From: Desulfosoma sp.
GTDB taxonomy: Bacteria > Desulfobacterota > Syntrophobacteria > Syntrophobacterales > DSM-9756
NCBI GenBank assembly: GCA_037481835.1
Contig: JBBFKW010000003.1
Location: forward strand, 128,001 to 192,000
Length of the DNA stretch: 64,000 nt
Direction of reading: 5' to 3'
The notes under the pieces are model-generated. The model had not been told where the DNA came from, did not search any database, and saw only the letters and a program-made list of their open reading frames with translations. Position 1 is the stretch's first letter; each line of letters begins with the position of its first letter. Below, piece by piece: positions 20,329-30,247 of this stretch. The position numbers were made by a program, and so were the translations under genes.

Positions 20329-21436
20329 ACCTCATGAGGTCCACAAGGAAGGTGGTGCCGGCGCCCACTCGGGATCGCACCAGAATCCGGCCGTGGAGCA
20401 TGTCCACCACTCTTTTGACGGCGGTGAGGCCCAAACCGATTCCCGGGTATTCCTCGCTGCCGTGTAGTCTCCTGAAGGGTTTGAAAATCTCGGGGATCTT
20501 TTCTTCCGGGATGCCGATCCCATTGTCGGTCACCGAGAAACGATACCCCCACGGAAACGCCTGCCAGCTTAGGGTGATTCGCGGAGGGGTTCCTGGCGCC
20601 GTGTATTTGAGGGCGTTGGAAAGGATATTTTGGAACAGGGAGACGAGAAGAGGCTTGGCCCCCAAAACGGTCGGCCAATCGTCCGGACCGGTGACGTGGG
20701 CGCGGCGGCGAACCCTTTCATCCCGGAGGCGATCCAGCACTTCGGCCATGACCTCCGCCATGTCCACCGGCCCAAGAAAAGGGGAAATCTTTTCCAGGCG
20801 GACGATCCGCAGCACCGCTTCCATCAGTTCCACCATATCGGTCGAAGATCGTCGGATTTTCGCGAGAAGATCGATGACATCGCGGGGAAGCTCCTTTTCC
20901 CGCTCTTCCTGCAAAAGCTCGGAAAAGCCCGTAATGGCCCGCAAGGGCGCTCTCAGGTCATGGGCCATGAGGTACAAGAAGGTTTTCAGCTCATGGTTCT
21001 TTCTGTCCAGGACCTTGGAAAGCAGCCGGGCTCGCACCAGCACCGCCACCCTGGCGTTCAGTTCCACTTTGCGGATGGGCGTGCACACGACCTCGTCCAC
21101 CGCCTGCCACAGGTTTTTAGTGGCCAGCCCCAGGTCCTTGTCCTGGGCGATGAAAAGAATGGGAAGGAACCGGGGCCTTTCGGCCTCCTTGGTTGCGAGA
21201 ATTTCCCGTTCCCAGCGGCGAAGCCCCAAACCGTCCACGATAACCAAATCCAGCGGCGCGTCCCAAGACGTGCCGTCATTGAGAACGCGCAGCAAGGGCC
21301 CCTCCTCTTCCTGCGGCCCCACACAGGCCTTTGCATCGAACGCTTGGAATTGGGCTGCGAGGTGTTCGCTCACGAGCTTTCGGTTTTCCTTGTGTTCGAT
21401 GGCGTTTAAAACGGTGATCAAATCGCACCCGTTCAT
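20300..21436 (-). CDS. Soluble histidine kinase with N-terminal pseudo-receiver
   Basis: AHDLRAPLR H-box, NILSNALKY, DNGIGI, GIGLGL; receiver-like N-terminus lacking the acidic pair and the Lys. Confidence 0.9.
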   Translation of the reverse strand: MNGCDLITVLNAIEHKENRKLVSEHLAAQFQAFDAKACVGPQEEEGPLLRVLNDGTSWDAPLDLVIVDGLGLRRWEREILATKEAERPRFLPILFIAQDKDLGLATKNLWQAVDEVVCTPIRKVELNARVAVLVRARLLSKVLDRKNHELKTFLYLMAHDLRAPLRAITGFSELLQEEREKELPRDVIDLLAKIRRSSTDMVELMEAVLRIVRLEKISPFLGPVDMAEVMAEVLDRLRDERVRRRAHVTGPDDWPTVLGAKPLLVSLFQNILSNALKYTAPGTPPRITLSWQAFPWGYRFSVTDNGIGIPEEKIPEIFKPFRRLHGSEEYPGIGLGLTAVKRVVDMLHGRILVRSRVGAGTTFLVDLMRYDHVENPAG

Positions 21437-21786
21437 GACTGTCCCACCAGCGTTTTGACAAGGGAAACGAATTCTCTTGCGACCAGCGGTTTCACCAGGA
21501 CCGCCTGCGCCCCGTGCCCCAAGGCCGCGGCACGGGCTTGTTGGTTTTCCCGAGGAAGAATGACGATGCTGGGAATCTTGCGGGAGGCCAGGAGCCGGCA
21601 CAGGCTCCAGACCCTCGGGCTCAGCCCGGCCACGTCGATGACCGCCGTGCGGATTGCCGCATTTTCCAAAACGATGGCCTCGGCCTGAGCTTCATCCGCG
21701 GCCGTCGTCACGGATTGACGGGCGTCTTCCAGGACCTGGCGCAGCAGGGCCCGGTTTCTCTCGCCGGCTTGCACAAGAAGAATCAT
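21433..21786 (-). CDS. Atypical single-domain receiver protein
   Basis: REC fold pattern with ID and KP retained; VQAG replaces the usual VDD/VED; 4-bp overlaps with both neighbours. Confidence 0.8.
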   Translation of the reverse strand: MILLVQAGERNRALLRQVLEDARQSVTTAADEAQAEAIVLENAAIRTAVIDVAGLSPRVWSLCRLLASRKIPSIVILPRENQQARAAALGHGAQAVLVKPLVAREFVSLVKTLVGQS

Positions 21787-23246
21787 GAAACCTCACCCGA
21801 AGACCCCACCGGAACAATTTCCGGCACACCCCGAAGAACGCCGCGGCACTCGGTCAAAGGCCGGCCCACTTTGAGTCCGTATCTGGTGATGGCGATCTCT
21901 CGAAGGGTATCTTCGAAACTTCCCGTGCGCTTCTTCAGCACGCCGATGGCCCGTTTGAGTCGTCCCATCATTTCCAGGTACCGGATGAAGACGATGTTGT
22001 CTGCAAGAAAACTGAACCCGTGCTTCGTGGCGCGAAACTCCCCGGTGATTTCCGTGACTTCTTCGATGACCAGGACCGTAACCCCCCGGTGCGTTAAGGA
22101 TCGGGTCAGGGCGTGGAGCTGTTCCGTGAGGTTCGATCCGCGAAGACACAGACGGTAGCCGCTCACGCTATCGATGATGACGATGCGCGTCCCGGCCTTT
22201 TCCACATCCTCCAGGACCTTGTAGGCGAAAGCGTTGGCGCTGTAGCGCAGCGGTTCGACCTTTTCCACTGCCAGGGTGCCGCGGGACACCATGGCCCGTG
22301 CGGGGATGTTCACCGCATCGCAGCGCTGAAGGATCCGGTGAGGCTCCTCTTCGAAGCTGTACATGTACGTGCGCTCCCCTCGGCCGGCGGCTTCCTTGGC
22401 GAACGCCATGGACAGCGTGCTCTTGCCCACCCCGGTGGGCCCGACGATGAGAGTCACGCTGGATTTGTCCAGGCCCCCGTGCAGGAGTTCGTCCAACTCG
22501 GGAACGCCGAAGGACAACAATTCCGGCACCGGCGCCGCTCCTTCCAGAGAGGGCGTCAGTTTGGGATAGACGACCATGCCCGACGGGGTGATCTCGATTT
22601 CATGCAGGCCCTGATCGAAAGAGGAACCCCGAAACTTGGACACTCGCACGGTTCGCGTGTTCTTGGAAAAGTCCAAATGGATGATGCCGTCGCAGAGAAA
22701 CTGCAAATCCTCGTCGGGCGCCTCCGGGCTGGATTCCGAAGAAAACAGGACCGTCGCCCCTCGATCCACGAGAAAACGGATAAAGGACAAGGACTGCTTG
22801 CGGAACATGTAGGGATCGCTGGAAAGATACCGGAATTGGGTCATGGAATCGATGAACACCCGGCGAGGGTTCACTTCCAAGACGGTGTCGATGATCCGCC
22901 GGGTCGTGGGTTCGCGCTCCACTTCCGCCGGCGAAAAGATGTCGTAGCTTTCCATCTTGGCGAAAAAGTCCGGGCCCGGGCTGAGATCCAGCATGCGGAC
23001 CCGGGACAGATCAAAGCCCATGGCGGAAGCGACCCGTTCGATCTTTTCCGCCGGCTCGCTCAGCGTGATGAACAAGGACGTCTCCGAGCGGTCTTGAGGT
23101 GCGGTGAGGAAATGCAGCCCGAAGGTCGTCTTGCCGGTTCCCGGGCCGCCGCGCACCAGGTAGGCGAATCCGTTGAGAAAACCGCCGTGAAGGATGGCAT
23201 CCATCCCGGCGATGCCGGTGGAAACTCGCGTCTCTTCGCGCTTCAT
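21783..23246 (-). CDS. KaiC/GvpD-like double RecA-domain ATPase
   Basis: Two Walker A motifs (GGPGTGKT, GPTGVGKS), STGI/SFGV domain starts, KFRGS and KKRTG arginine fingers. Confidence 0.93.
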   Translation of the reverse strand: MKREETRVSTGIAGMDAILHGGFLNGFAYLVRGGPGTGKTTFGLHFLTAPQDRSETSLFITLSEPAEKIERVASAMGFDLSRVRMLDLSPGPDFFAKMESYDIFSPAEVEREPTTRRIIDTVLEVNPRRVFIDSMTQFRYLSSDPYMFRKQSLSFIRFLVDRGATVLFSSESSPEAPDEDLQFLCDGIIHLDFSKNTRTVRVSKFRGSSFDQGLHEIEITPSGMVVYPKLTPSLEGAAPVPELLSFGVPELDELLHGGLDKSSVTLIVGPTGVGKSTLSMAFAKEAAGRGERTYMYSFEEEPHRILQRCDAVNIPARAMVSRGTLAVEKVEPLRYSANAFAYKVLEDVEKAGTRIVIIDSVSGYRLCLRGSNLTEQLHALTRSLTHRGVTVLVIEEVTEITGEFRATKHGFSFLADNIVFIRYLEMMGRLKRAIGVLKKRTGSFEDTLREIAITRYGLKVGRPLTECRGVLRGVPEIVPVGSSGEVS

Positions 23247-23635
23247 CGCATGCCCCTCCGTGCTTTGTCCCCATGCACATTTTTCTCCGTGGGTGTTTCC
23301 CTTGCCTCGAAGCGCCATGGCAGCGCGCAAGGGTTCGTCTGACGGAAAGAACCGTTTCCTCTGCAGCGGCCTTGACGGATGCCCCGACTTAGAACGTGGG
23401 CCCTCGGGGATCCATTCCGCTAAAGGAGTTCGCGGCCCATGACAACCGGGAAGGGGCTCTCTGCGCGCATAGAAAAAATCCAGTGTCGCCAGGCGTTTGA
23501 AATTCAAGAATAACCAAAGGGGCGGACTTTTGAACCATTGGAGTGTCGGAACAGGAGAAGGACGTTTGGGCGCGCGATCCAATGAGGCAGGCCGCCTCTT
23601 CTTTCGGCTCGAGTTCCGGAGCGAAGACCATTTTT

Positions 23636-24463
23636 CTAAAGAAAAAGCTCAGGTTTTTCAACAAAATTGTTTTCGATGTCGCCGTGAAGCTCAGCGTCGG
23701 TTTCAGGGACGGTTCCGTGGAGGTAGCCGTCGCGGAGGCGGGCGCGGCAGTCTTCGGCATCGAAGGCGCGGCAGGCGATGGGCTTGATCGGGTGAATGGA
23801 ACAGAAATGAAGGGCGGTTCCGGGAGATTGGAAAAGAAAAGGGCACAGCTGCTGATTGGCAAGGCGTGTCCCTTCGAGGAGCTCACGCCAGTGGGGAGGG
23901 TAGGTCACGCCTTCGGGGGCGACGGCCGGCACCCCGCCGATCTGGCAGCAGGTGCCGCACATGCGGCACCACTGGCCGGAAGGCGGCCCCTGGCCGTGGC
24001 CGTCCCAGGGCAGGGAGGGAAAAGGGAGGGTGCGGAAAATCGTGGTGAGATCGGCCCGGATGCCAAGAAAAGCCTCGGCGAACTGCACGAGATCCCTGAC
24101 GAGCAGAGGCTGCATCTCGGGCCGGTCTTTGTGGATATAGAAGCGCATGCCCGTGACGTGGGCGAAAAGGGTCCGTTCCAGCATGCCCAAAGGAAAGTAC
24201 GGGTCGCAAAGTGCCGCTTTGAGGATCGGGGTGTGGGCGGTGGCGTCCGGATGGGAAAGCAGGCGATGGAGGAGCTCGACCAGGGTGGGGGCACTTCCAC
24301 ATTCCGTTGGGTTTTCTTGCCCGTGACCTCCTGAAGAAGGGCCCGAAGGGCTCGAAAGGGGATCGTTCCTGCGGCAACGGGTCGGCGTGCCGGCTCTATG
24401 CCGCAAGTAGGCCTGCCGAGCCTTGGAAAAGTCCAGAAACAGCCGTCGAAAGGTCGGCTCCAC
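23636..24463 (-). CDS. YkgJ-family cysteine-cluster (CxxCxxCC) protein
   Basis: CRMCGTCC...CPFL...CSIHPIKPIACRAF; GTG 24463 follows GGAGG. Confidence 0.75.
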   Translation of the reverse strand: MEPTFRRLFLDFSKARQAYLRHRAGTPTRCRRNDPLSSPSGPSSGGHGQENPTECGSAPTLVELLHRLLSHPDATAHTPILKAALCDPYFPLGMLERTLFAHVTGMRFYIHKDRPEMQPLLVRDLVQFAEAFLGIRADLTTIFRTLPFPSLPWDGHGQGPPSGQWCRMCGTCCQIGGVPAVAPEGVTYPPHWRELLEGTRLANQQLCPFLFQSPGTALHFCSIHPIKPIACRAFDAEDCRARLRDGYLHGTVPETDAELHGDIENNFVEKPELFL

Positions 24464-24665
24464 GTGAGTCCTCCGCCGTCGTGCCTGTGTTCGAATACCG
24501 TGGACAGGGCATTTCTTTATACCAAAGATGAGCGGAATGCGCCTTGACCTTTGCGAGTTCTGCGAGAAAAATGGTCGCGACGAAACAGTGCCGCACGAGG
24601 GTCCATGCCCGCGGAAGGGATGATGGAATTCGGCGATCGTAGAAACGCGAGAGAGGTCGAGGAAC

Positions 24666-25673
24666 ATGACGAGAAGAGCGTATCCCCGAAGGGCGGCGGC
24701 GGGATTCGGGGCAGGGGCCTTTGCCGGCCGCCTGCGCTTCTTAATCCTTGCGGTGCTTTCGGCCCTTTCCTTGGTTTTCGCCACGGCGGCGAACCGAACC
24801 TGGGCCGCCGACCGTTTGCTGCGCCTCGGGATCCTTCCCGTCTTGGACACACTCCCTCTGCAGGTTGCCGTCTCGGAAAAATTCTTCGAAAAACACGGCC
24901 TGAATGTGGAGCTCGTCTCCTTCGACAGCGCCCTGGAACGGGACGCCGCCATGCAGGCCGGACAGCTCGAGGCCTACTTCGGCGATATGGTCAACACGGT
25001 CCTGGTGGTGCAGGGCGGGGTGCCCATGCGCATCGTGACCGTCTCCTACGCGAGTCGCCCCGGGCAGAGGCAGTTCGCCGTGGTGGGCCGCCCCGGTCTC
25101 GAGGCCGCTTCCCTCCATGATCTTCCCTCGGGGAGCCTAGGGCTTTCCAACGCCACCATCATGGAGTATCTCGTCGACCTCATGGAAGAACGAGGTCTCG
25201 TGCCCCGGGGGCGGTTTGAACGGTTGGAAGTCAAAAAAATTCCCATCCGCATGCAGATGCTCCTGGGAGGCCGGCTGGATCTGGCCATCCTGCCGGAACC
25301 TCTGGTGAGCCTCGCCGAATCCCAAGGGGCGCGGGTCTACGCCGACGACCAAAGCCTGGAGGTGACGCTCACGGTCATCGGCATCGTGGATCGCCTTCTT
25401 CAGGATCCCGCGGGCGTCGGCGAAAGATTTCTCGCCGCCTACGGGGAAGCCGTGGACGCCTTGAGCCGGGACCCCGAAAAATATCGAAAACTCATGGCCG
25501 AATCGTGCCGCATCCCCGAATCCCTCAGGGCCACCTTTCGCATTCCCGCCTTTCCCCGACCGGGTCTGCCTCCCACGGCCGATGTGGAACGGTTGCTGTC
25601 GTGGATGGAAGCCCGGGGCCTCATGAACCGGCCTCTTAAGGCGGACGACCTGGTCTGGAGCGTTCGCCCGTGA
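24666..25673 (+). CDS. ABC transporter substrate-binding protein (NitT/TauT/SsuA-like)
   Basis: Signal-like N-terminus; LPLQVA..FFEKHGLNVELV; LPEPL. Confidence 0.85.
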   Translation: MTRRAYPRRAAAGFGAGAFAGRLRFLILAVLSALSLVFATAANRTWAADRLLRLGILPVLDTLPLQVAVSEKFFEKHGLNVELVSFDSALERDAAMQAGQLEAYFGDMVNTVLVVQGGVPMRIVTVSYASRPGQRQFAVVGRPGLEAASLHDLPSGSLGLSNATIMEYLVDLMEERGLVPRGRFERLEVKKIPIRMQMLLGGRLDLAILPEPLVSLAESQGARVYADDQSLEVTLTVIGIVDRLLQDPAGVGERFLAAYGEAVDALSRDPEKYRKLMAESCRIPESLRATFRIPAFPRPGLPPTADVERLLSWMEARGLMNRPLKADDLVWSVRP

Positions 25674-26452
25674 GCGAGGCCGCGCTTTTGGAGGCACACA
25701 ACCTGCACAAGAGCTACCCGCAGCGCGGGCCGGTTTTGGCGGGCGTTTCGCTTCGCTTGGACCGGGAAGACACGTGCGCCGTGGTTGGCCCGTCGGGGTG
25801 CGGCAAGAGCACGCTGCTCTACCTTTTGTGCGGGCTGTCGCCGGCGGACCGCGGCACCGTGCTCTATCAAGGCCGCCCGGTGGAGCGGCCGCGGCGGGAA
25901 ATCGCCGTGGCTCTCCAGGACTACGGGCTCCTGCCGTGGAAGACGGTGTTCCAAAACGTGGCGTTGGGGATGAAGATCCGAGGGGTTTCGAGAGCCGACC
26001 GAACTCGGCGGGCGGCGGCGTGGATCCGCAGCCTGGGTCTGGAAGGGCGGGAACGGTTTTTCCCGGCGCAGCTGAGCGGCGGTGAACAGCAGCGCGTGGC
26101 GCTGGCAAGGGCCTTCGCCGGGGAACCGGGGGTGCTTCTCCTGGATGAACCCTTTTCGTCTTTGGACGCCATCACCCGGGAGCGGCTCCAGCACACCCTT
26201 CTCAGCATGTGGCTGCGCGTGCGGGTGCCGTACGTTCTCGTGACCCACAGCGTGGACGAAGCCGTGTTTCTGGCGAAAAAGATTTACATCATGGCGGGAA
26301 GTCCCGCCCGCTTCGTGCACACCGTCTTCAACCCGGGTTTCGGTCGCCCCGATGCCCGCAAAGACCCCGCTTTTTACACCGCGGTGCAGAGCGTGCGCAG
26401 CGCTTTGGATCGGGCGGTCAACGGAGACGGCTCCCTATGGGCAAACCCCTGA
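25670..26452 (+). CDS. ABC transporter ATP-binding protein (NitT/TauT)
   Basis: GPSGCGKS, LSGGEQQR, LLDEPF. Confidence 0.93.
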   Translation: MSEAALLEAHNLHKSYPQRGPVLAGVSLRLDREDTCAVVGPSGCGKSTLLYLLCGLSPADRGTVLYQGRPVERPRREIAVALQDYGLLPWKTVFQNVALGMKIRGVSRADRTRRAAAWIRSLGLEGRERFFPAQLSGGEQQRVALARAFAGEPGVLLLDEPFSSLDAITRERLQHTLLSMWLRVRVPYVLVTHSVDEAVFLAKKIYIMAGSPARFVHTVFNPGFGRPDARKDPAFYTAVQSVRSALDRAVNGDGSLWANP

Positions 26453-27216
26453 AAACGGCCGGCTCGCGTGTGCTCCACACCGCAGCCGCTCTGGGTGTTC
26501 TGGGTGCGGCCTGGTGGGGCCTTGCGGAAGGTTTCGGAGGAGGCGGCGTCCTGCCGGGACCCGTGGAGGCTTTATCGGCCTTCCTTCAGGCGCTTTTGAC
26601 ACATGCCTTTTGGGATCATGTGCGAGCCAGCGCGTTTCGAGTTCTCACGGCCATGGCGTGGGCGTGGGTGATCGCCTTTCCCCTGGGGATCGTGATGGGC
26701 AGCCACAAAAAAACCGATGCGTGGTTGGCTCCTTTGGTTTTTCTCACCTATCCCGTCCCCAAGATCGTGCTCCTGCCGGTCGTGCTGCTCCTTTTCGGCC
26801 TGGGGGATTTTTCCAAGGTGATCCTCATCGCCCTGATCGTGGGCTATCAGGTGCTCGTGGCCGTTCGAGACGGTGTGGTGGGCCTGAATCCCAAGTACCT
26901 GGATTCGGTCCGGACATTGGGCGCGGGGCCGTGGCCTTTGTTTCTTCACGTCCTGCTTCCCGCCGCCTTGCCCCATGGCTTCACCGCGTTGCGCCTGGGC
27001 ACGGGAACGGGCATCGCGGTCCTGTTCTTTGTGGAATCCTTCGCCACATCCCGCGGTTTGGGCTACCTCATCATGGACGCCTGGGGGCGACTGGATTACC
27101 GCGGCATGTTCGTCGGCATCCTGGGGATGAGCCTCCTGGGGGCGGCCCTTTTCGAAACCATCGGAGCCCTGGAACGGCTCCTGTGCCGGTGGCAGGCCGC
27201 CCGAGGCCGGGCATAG
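26437..27216 (+). CDS. ABC transporter permease (NitT/TauT)
   Basis: Multiple TMs; EAA-like loop (LDSVRTLGA); GLGYLI. Confidence 0.9.
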   Translation: MGKPLKTAGSRVLHTAAALGVLGAAWWGLAEGFGGGGVLPGPVEALSAFLQALLTHAFWDHVRASAFRVLTAMAWAWVIAFPLGIVMGSHKKTDAWLAPLVFLTYPVPKIVLLPVVLLLFGLGDFSKVILIALIVGYQVLVAVRDGVVGLNPKYLDSVRTLGAGPWPLFLHVLLPAALPHGFTALRLGTGTGIAVLFFVESFATSRGLGYLIMDAWGRLDYRGMFVGILGMSLLGAALFETIGALERLLCRWQAARGRA

Positions 27217-27361
27217 ACACGGATGCCGCTTGTCACCGGCCGTGGGGATGGCCGGGGGTGAGGGGCTGGGAGCTTGTCCGAGAATGCCGTGGTTTATGGC
27301 ATCGTAAGTATCTGATTTTACGTTGCCAACGTCGGCAAGAATGGAATTGCCGGACAGGCTC

Positions 27362-30247
27362 CTAGGTGAGGAGGGTGAGGCCCACGGGGAGGGAATCTCC
27401 GAAGAGCCAGCTTTCCTCATGGGGAAGCAGGGCGCTTTCCGGGTTGCGCAGCCGCTCCCCATACCCTTCGGCCTCGGGTCCCAAGCCGTCCAGCCACCGT
27501 GCGATCCGATCCATGAGTTCATCGGGGACGTCCCGAACGCGATCCCCCGTTTTCCGGGCGAGATGCACCACCATCTGGGCGATGGGCTCCGTGGCGGCGG
27601 GATGCGCATCCAAAATGGCGGCGACCCACACCGACACGGTCGCTGCGGGAACGACCCGATCCACGGGGCCGTAAAAGGGCCTTCGGGCTCCAAGGCGCGT
27701 CAGCACCCAAAGATCCTGCGGTTTCGGCCGGCGTTCCAGGACCCTTTCCAGCACCGCCCGCCCCAGGGTTTCTTTCACTTCTGCGGGAAGCCTTTCGAAG
27801 TTCGCCAGAGCCATCCACACTTCGGGGATTTCCTGGGGCACAAGTTTTACGGCGGGTTTTTTCTTTCCTTTTTTCTTGCCCTCATCGGCGAGCAAGACCG
27901 GGAGGATCTGCTGGGCGATGTGCCCCTGACGACCGGCGCTCAACCCCCCGGCCACGCGCCGCCAGAAGATCCACCATTCCACGCGGCATTGGACCTGGCG
28001 GGGAAAAAGGACGCCCTGGGGATAGAGCTTCCACACCTCTTGGATCCGCCATTCATCCACGGGATCCCCGTAGCCGGGGCGAAGGCAATACCCAAGAAGG
28101 TTCAGCCACCGCGCTTCATGGGCGGCGCTCAGGCCCCGACCGTCCCGATGGTCCAGGAGCACGTCGGCGAGAGTTCTGATGAGGCTCGTGGACCACTTGT
28201 GCCGAGGCATCTCCAGAATATCGCCCAGATCCTTCATGAGCTTTTCCGGGGACGCCTGGGACCCGCTCAGCGTGTCCGCCTTGCGGAAAGCCGCCCCGAC
28301 CCGTTCCTTGGCTCTTTCGAGAACGGCTTCATCCACGGTTTCCGCCGGTGCCTGGGCGGCGGGGGGCGAAGGGGACGCCTGGGGCTGGCGGCGCACGTCG
28401 AATCGCAACTGCCACCGGTGCGGGGTCTGAATGGACCGGCACCACAGTTCCAGGGTGCCCACTTCGGTAAGCTTCATGGCGATCTGCACGGGAAGTTTTT
28501 GGGCGGCGGCCCGTTTGCCGAAGCGCAATGCCGTTTGAATGGGCGGCAGCGGGGTCACCTCGTCCGGGCTCAGGGTGACCACATCACCCTGGCGATCGCC
28601 GAGGCGCGTATGAGAACTGTAGATTTGGAAAGTTGCGGGCTGGTTGGTCAGCACGGCGAACGTGGGGGATTCCAGGACGCTTTCGAAACCCTCTTCCGTG
28701 CCTCGAGGGATCAGGCAGACGGCCCGGAAGGCTTCGGCTTCGGTTTCGGCTTCCCGGGGCGGGACTTCTTCAGGAGCCACCTGGACGTAATAGGCTCGCG
28801 GGGTTCCCGCGCCCACGGGCACCCCGGCCCCGGAGCGCACCAGCCCATAGTAGGCGGCGCCGACGGCCACGGCGAGATCGGGCCTGGGGTTATCCAGCTC
28901 TTGGGGAAGCCACCCGGATCCCGCCCGCCCCTGAAACCACTCGCCCAAGACCTCCCGCAACCGTCGGCGGATTTTTGCCGGGCTCAGGGCCCCTCCGTTG
29001 AACAGGATGAAATCCGGGTAGGGGTCGGGTCGACCGGTCTGTTCCTTGAGGAGCGGTTCGTGACGGCGCCAGAAGGACGCCAGATGACGACTTACGGCCG
29101 GATCCTGTACGTAGGGAAGGCCGAATTCGGTGATTCCCGAACGGCGCCCTTCTTGCGGCTCCTCGTCGAAAGCCGTGTGAGGGAAAAAACCCTCCAGGAT
29201 CCATTGGAAGACGTCGCTTCGACTCAGGGTGCCCTTGAGAGTGCCGGCGATGAGCTTTCCGCCCGTGCCCATGACGGTGACGTCGAACCGGTCCCTTTGG
29301 GTCGAGTCCTCCAGGAGGGCTTCCTTGGCGCGGCGGCATCCGTGACACAGCTGATGCCAGCGCTGGGCGTCCAGTTTGCCGGGCCCGCCCAGAAGCGCCA
29401 TTTCCAGCCGACGGGCCAGCGTCAGGTCCATGTTGTCGCCGCCCAGCATGAGGTGATCGCCCACGGCCAGGCGGTCGAAGCGAAGACCGGTGCGCCCTTG
29501 ACGCACGGCGATGGCGGTGAAGTCCGTGGTGCCGCCTCCCACGTCGCACACGAGCACCAGGTTTTGGGGGCTCATTGTCCGGTCCCAATCGTCTTCGTGG
29601 GCGGCGAGCCACGCATAGAAGGCGGCCAGAGGTTCTTCCAAGAGGATGACTTTTTTCAGGCCCGCCCGGCCTGCAGCTTCCACGGTGAGTTCCCGGGCCA
29701 CTTCGTCGAAGGAGGCGGGAACGGTGAGAATCACGAGCTGTTCTTCCAGCACGTTTTCTTCATCGTCGGCGCCGCGCGCCATGACGTGGTTCCAGGCTTC
29801 CCGCATGTGTTGCAAGTATCGGGCGGAGGCATCCACGGGGGACACTTTGGGGACATCCTTGGGAGCCCCCCACGGCAGGATGGGCGCCTGCCGGTCCACG
29901 GCCCCGTGGCAGAGCCAGGACTTGGCCGAAGAGACCAGCCGCCCGGGAACGAGGGCTCCTTGTTCCCGGGCGAATTCTCCCACGACGTAGGGCCGCCGGG
30001 GATCCCACGGAAGGGCCGTCGCCCCCGGTGGAAGATCGTATGGACCGGGCAGATACAGGAAAGACGGGAGCAGGGGCCGGCGGGCCGTTTCGGCGGCGGC
30101 CACGAGCTGCGGCACGGAAAAGATGCGGATGGCCGCCGACGGTTTCCCTTCCGGCGCGGTTCGGCGGTCCACATAGGCCACGGCGGAATTGGTGGTTCCC
30201 AGGTCGATCCCCACCACGTAACGGGAGGGCGAAGGTTCGGGCATCAT
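27362..30247 (-). CDS. Atypical Hsp70-family protein with C-terminal helical extension (DUF3731-like)
   Basis: GIDLGTTNS, TVPASFD, EEPLAA, DVGGGTTD, LGGDNMD; Trp-rich C-terminal region (GYCLRPGYG, WRRVAGGL). Confidence 0.9.
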   Translation of the reverse strand: MMPEPSPSRYVVGIDLGTTNSAVAYVDRRTAPEGKPSAAIRIFSVPQLVAAAETARRPLLPSFLYLPGPYDLPPGATALPWDPRRPYVVGEFAREQGALVPGRLVSSAKSWLCHGAVDRQAPILPWGAPKDVPKVSPVDASARYLQHMREAWNHVMARGADDEENVLEEQLVILTVPASFDEVARELTVEAAGRAGLKKVILLEEPLAAFYAWLAAHEDDWDRTMSPQNLVLVCDVGGGTTDFTAIAVRQGRTGLRFDRLAVGDHLMLGGDNMDLTLARRLEMALLGGPGKLDAQRWHQLCHGCRRAKEALLEDSTQRDRFDVTVMGTGGKLIAGTLKGTLSRSDVFQWILEGFFPHTAFDEEPQEGRRSGITEFGLPYVQDPAVSRHLASFWRRHEPLLKEQTGRPDPYPDFILFNGGALSPAKIRRRLREVLGEWFQGRAGSGWLPQELDNPRPDLAVAVGAAYYGLVRSGAGVPVGAGTPRAYYVQVAPEEVPPREAETEAEAFRAVCLIPRGTEEGFESVLESPTFAVLTNQPATFQIYSSHTRLGDRQGDVVTLSPDEVTPLPPIQTALRFGKRAAAQKLPVQIAMKLTEVGTLELWCRSIQTPHRWQLRFDVRRQPQASPSPPAAQAPAETVDEAVLERAKERVGAAFRKADTLSGSQASPEKLMKDLGDILEMPRHKWSTSLIRTLADVLLDHRDGRGLSAAHEARWLNLLGYCLRPGYGDPVDEWRIQEVWKLYPQGVLFPRQVQCRVEWWIFWRRVAGGLSAGRQGHIAQQILPVLLADEGKKKGKKKPAVKLVPQEIPEVWMALANFERLPAEVKETLGRAVLERVLERRPKPQDLWVLTRLGARRPFYGPVDRVVPAATVSVWVAAILDAHPAATEPIAQMVVHLARKTGDRVRDVPDELMDRIARWLDGLGPEAEGYGERLRNPESALLPHEESWLFGDSLPVGLTLLT

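Noticed and set aside
21783..23246. True circadian clock kaiC
   Set aside because: No kaiA/kaiB in the window, the S-T phosphosite pair is not conserved, and the C-terminal tail is short
23247..23635. Riboswitch or sigma54 promoter upstream of the KaiC-like gene
   Set aside because: No convincing GEMM motif or GG-N10-GC match found by eye
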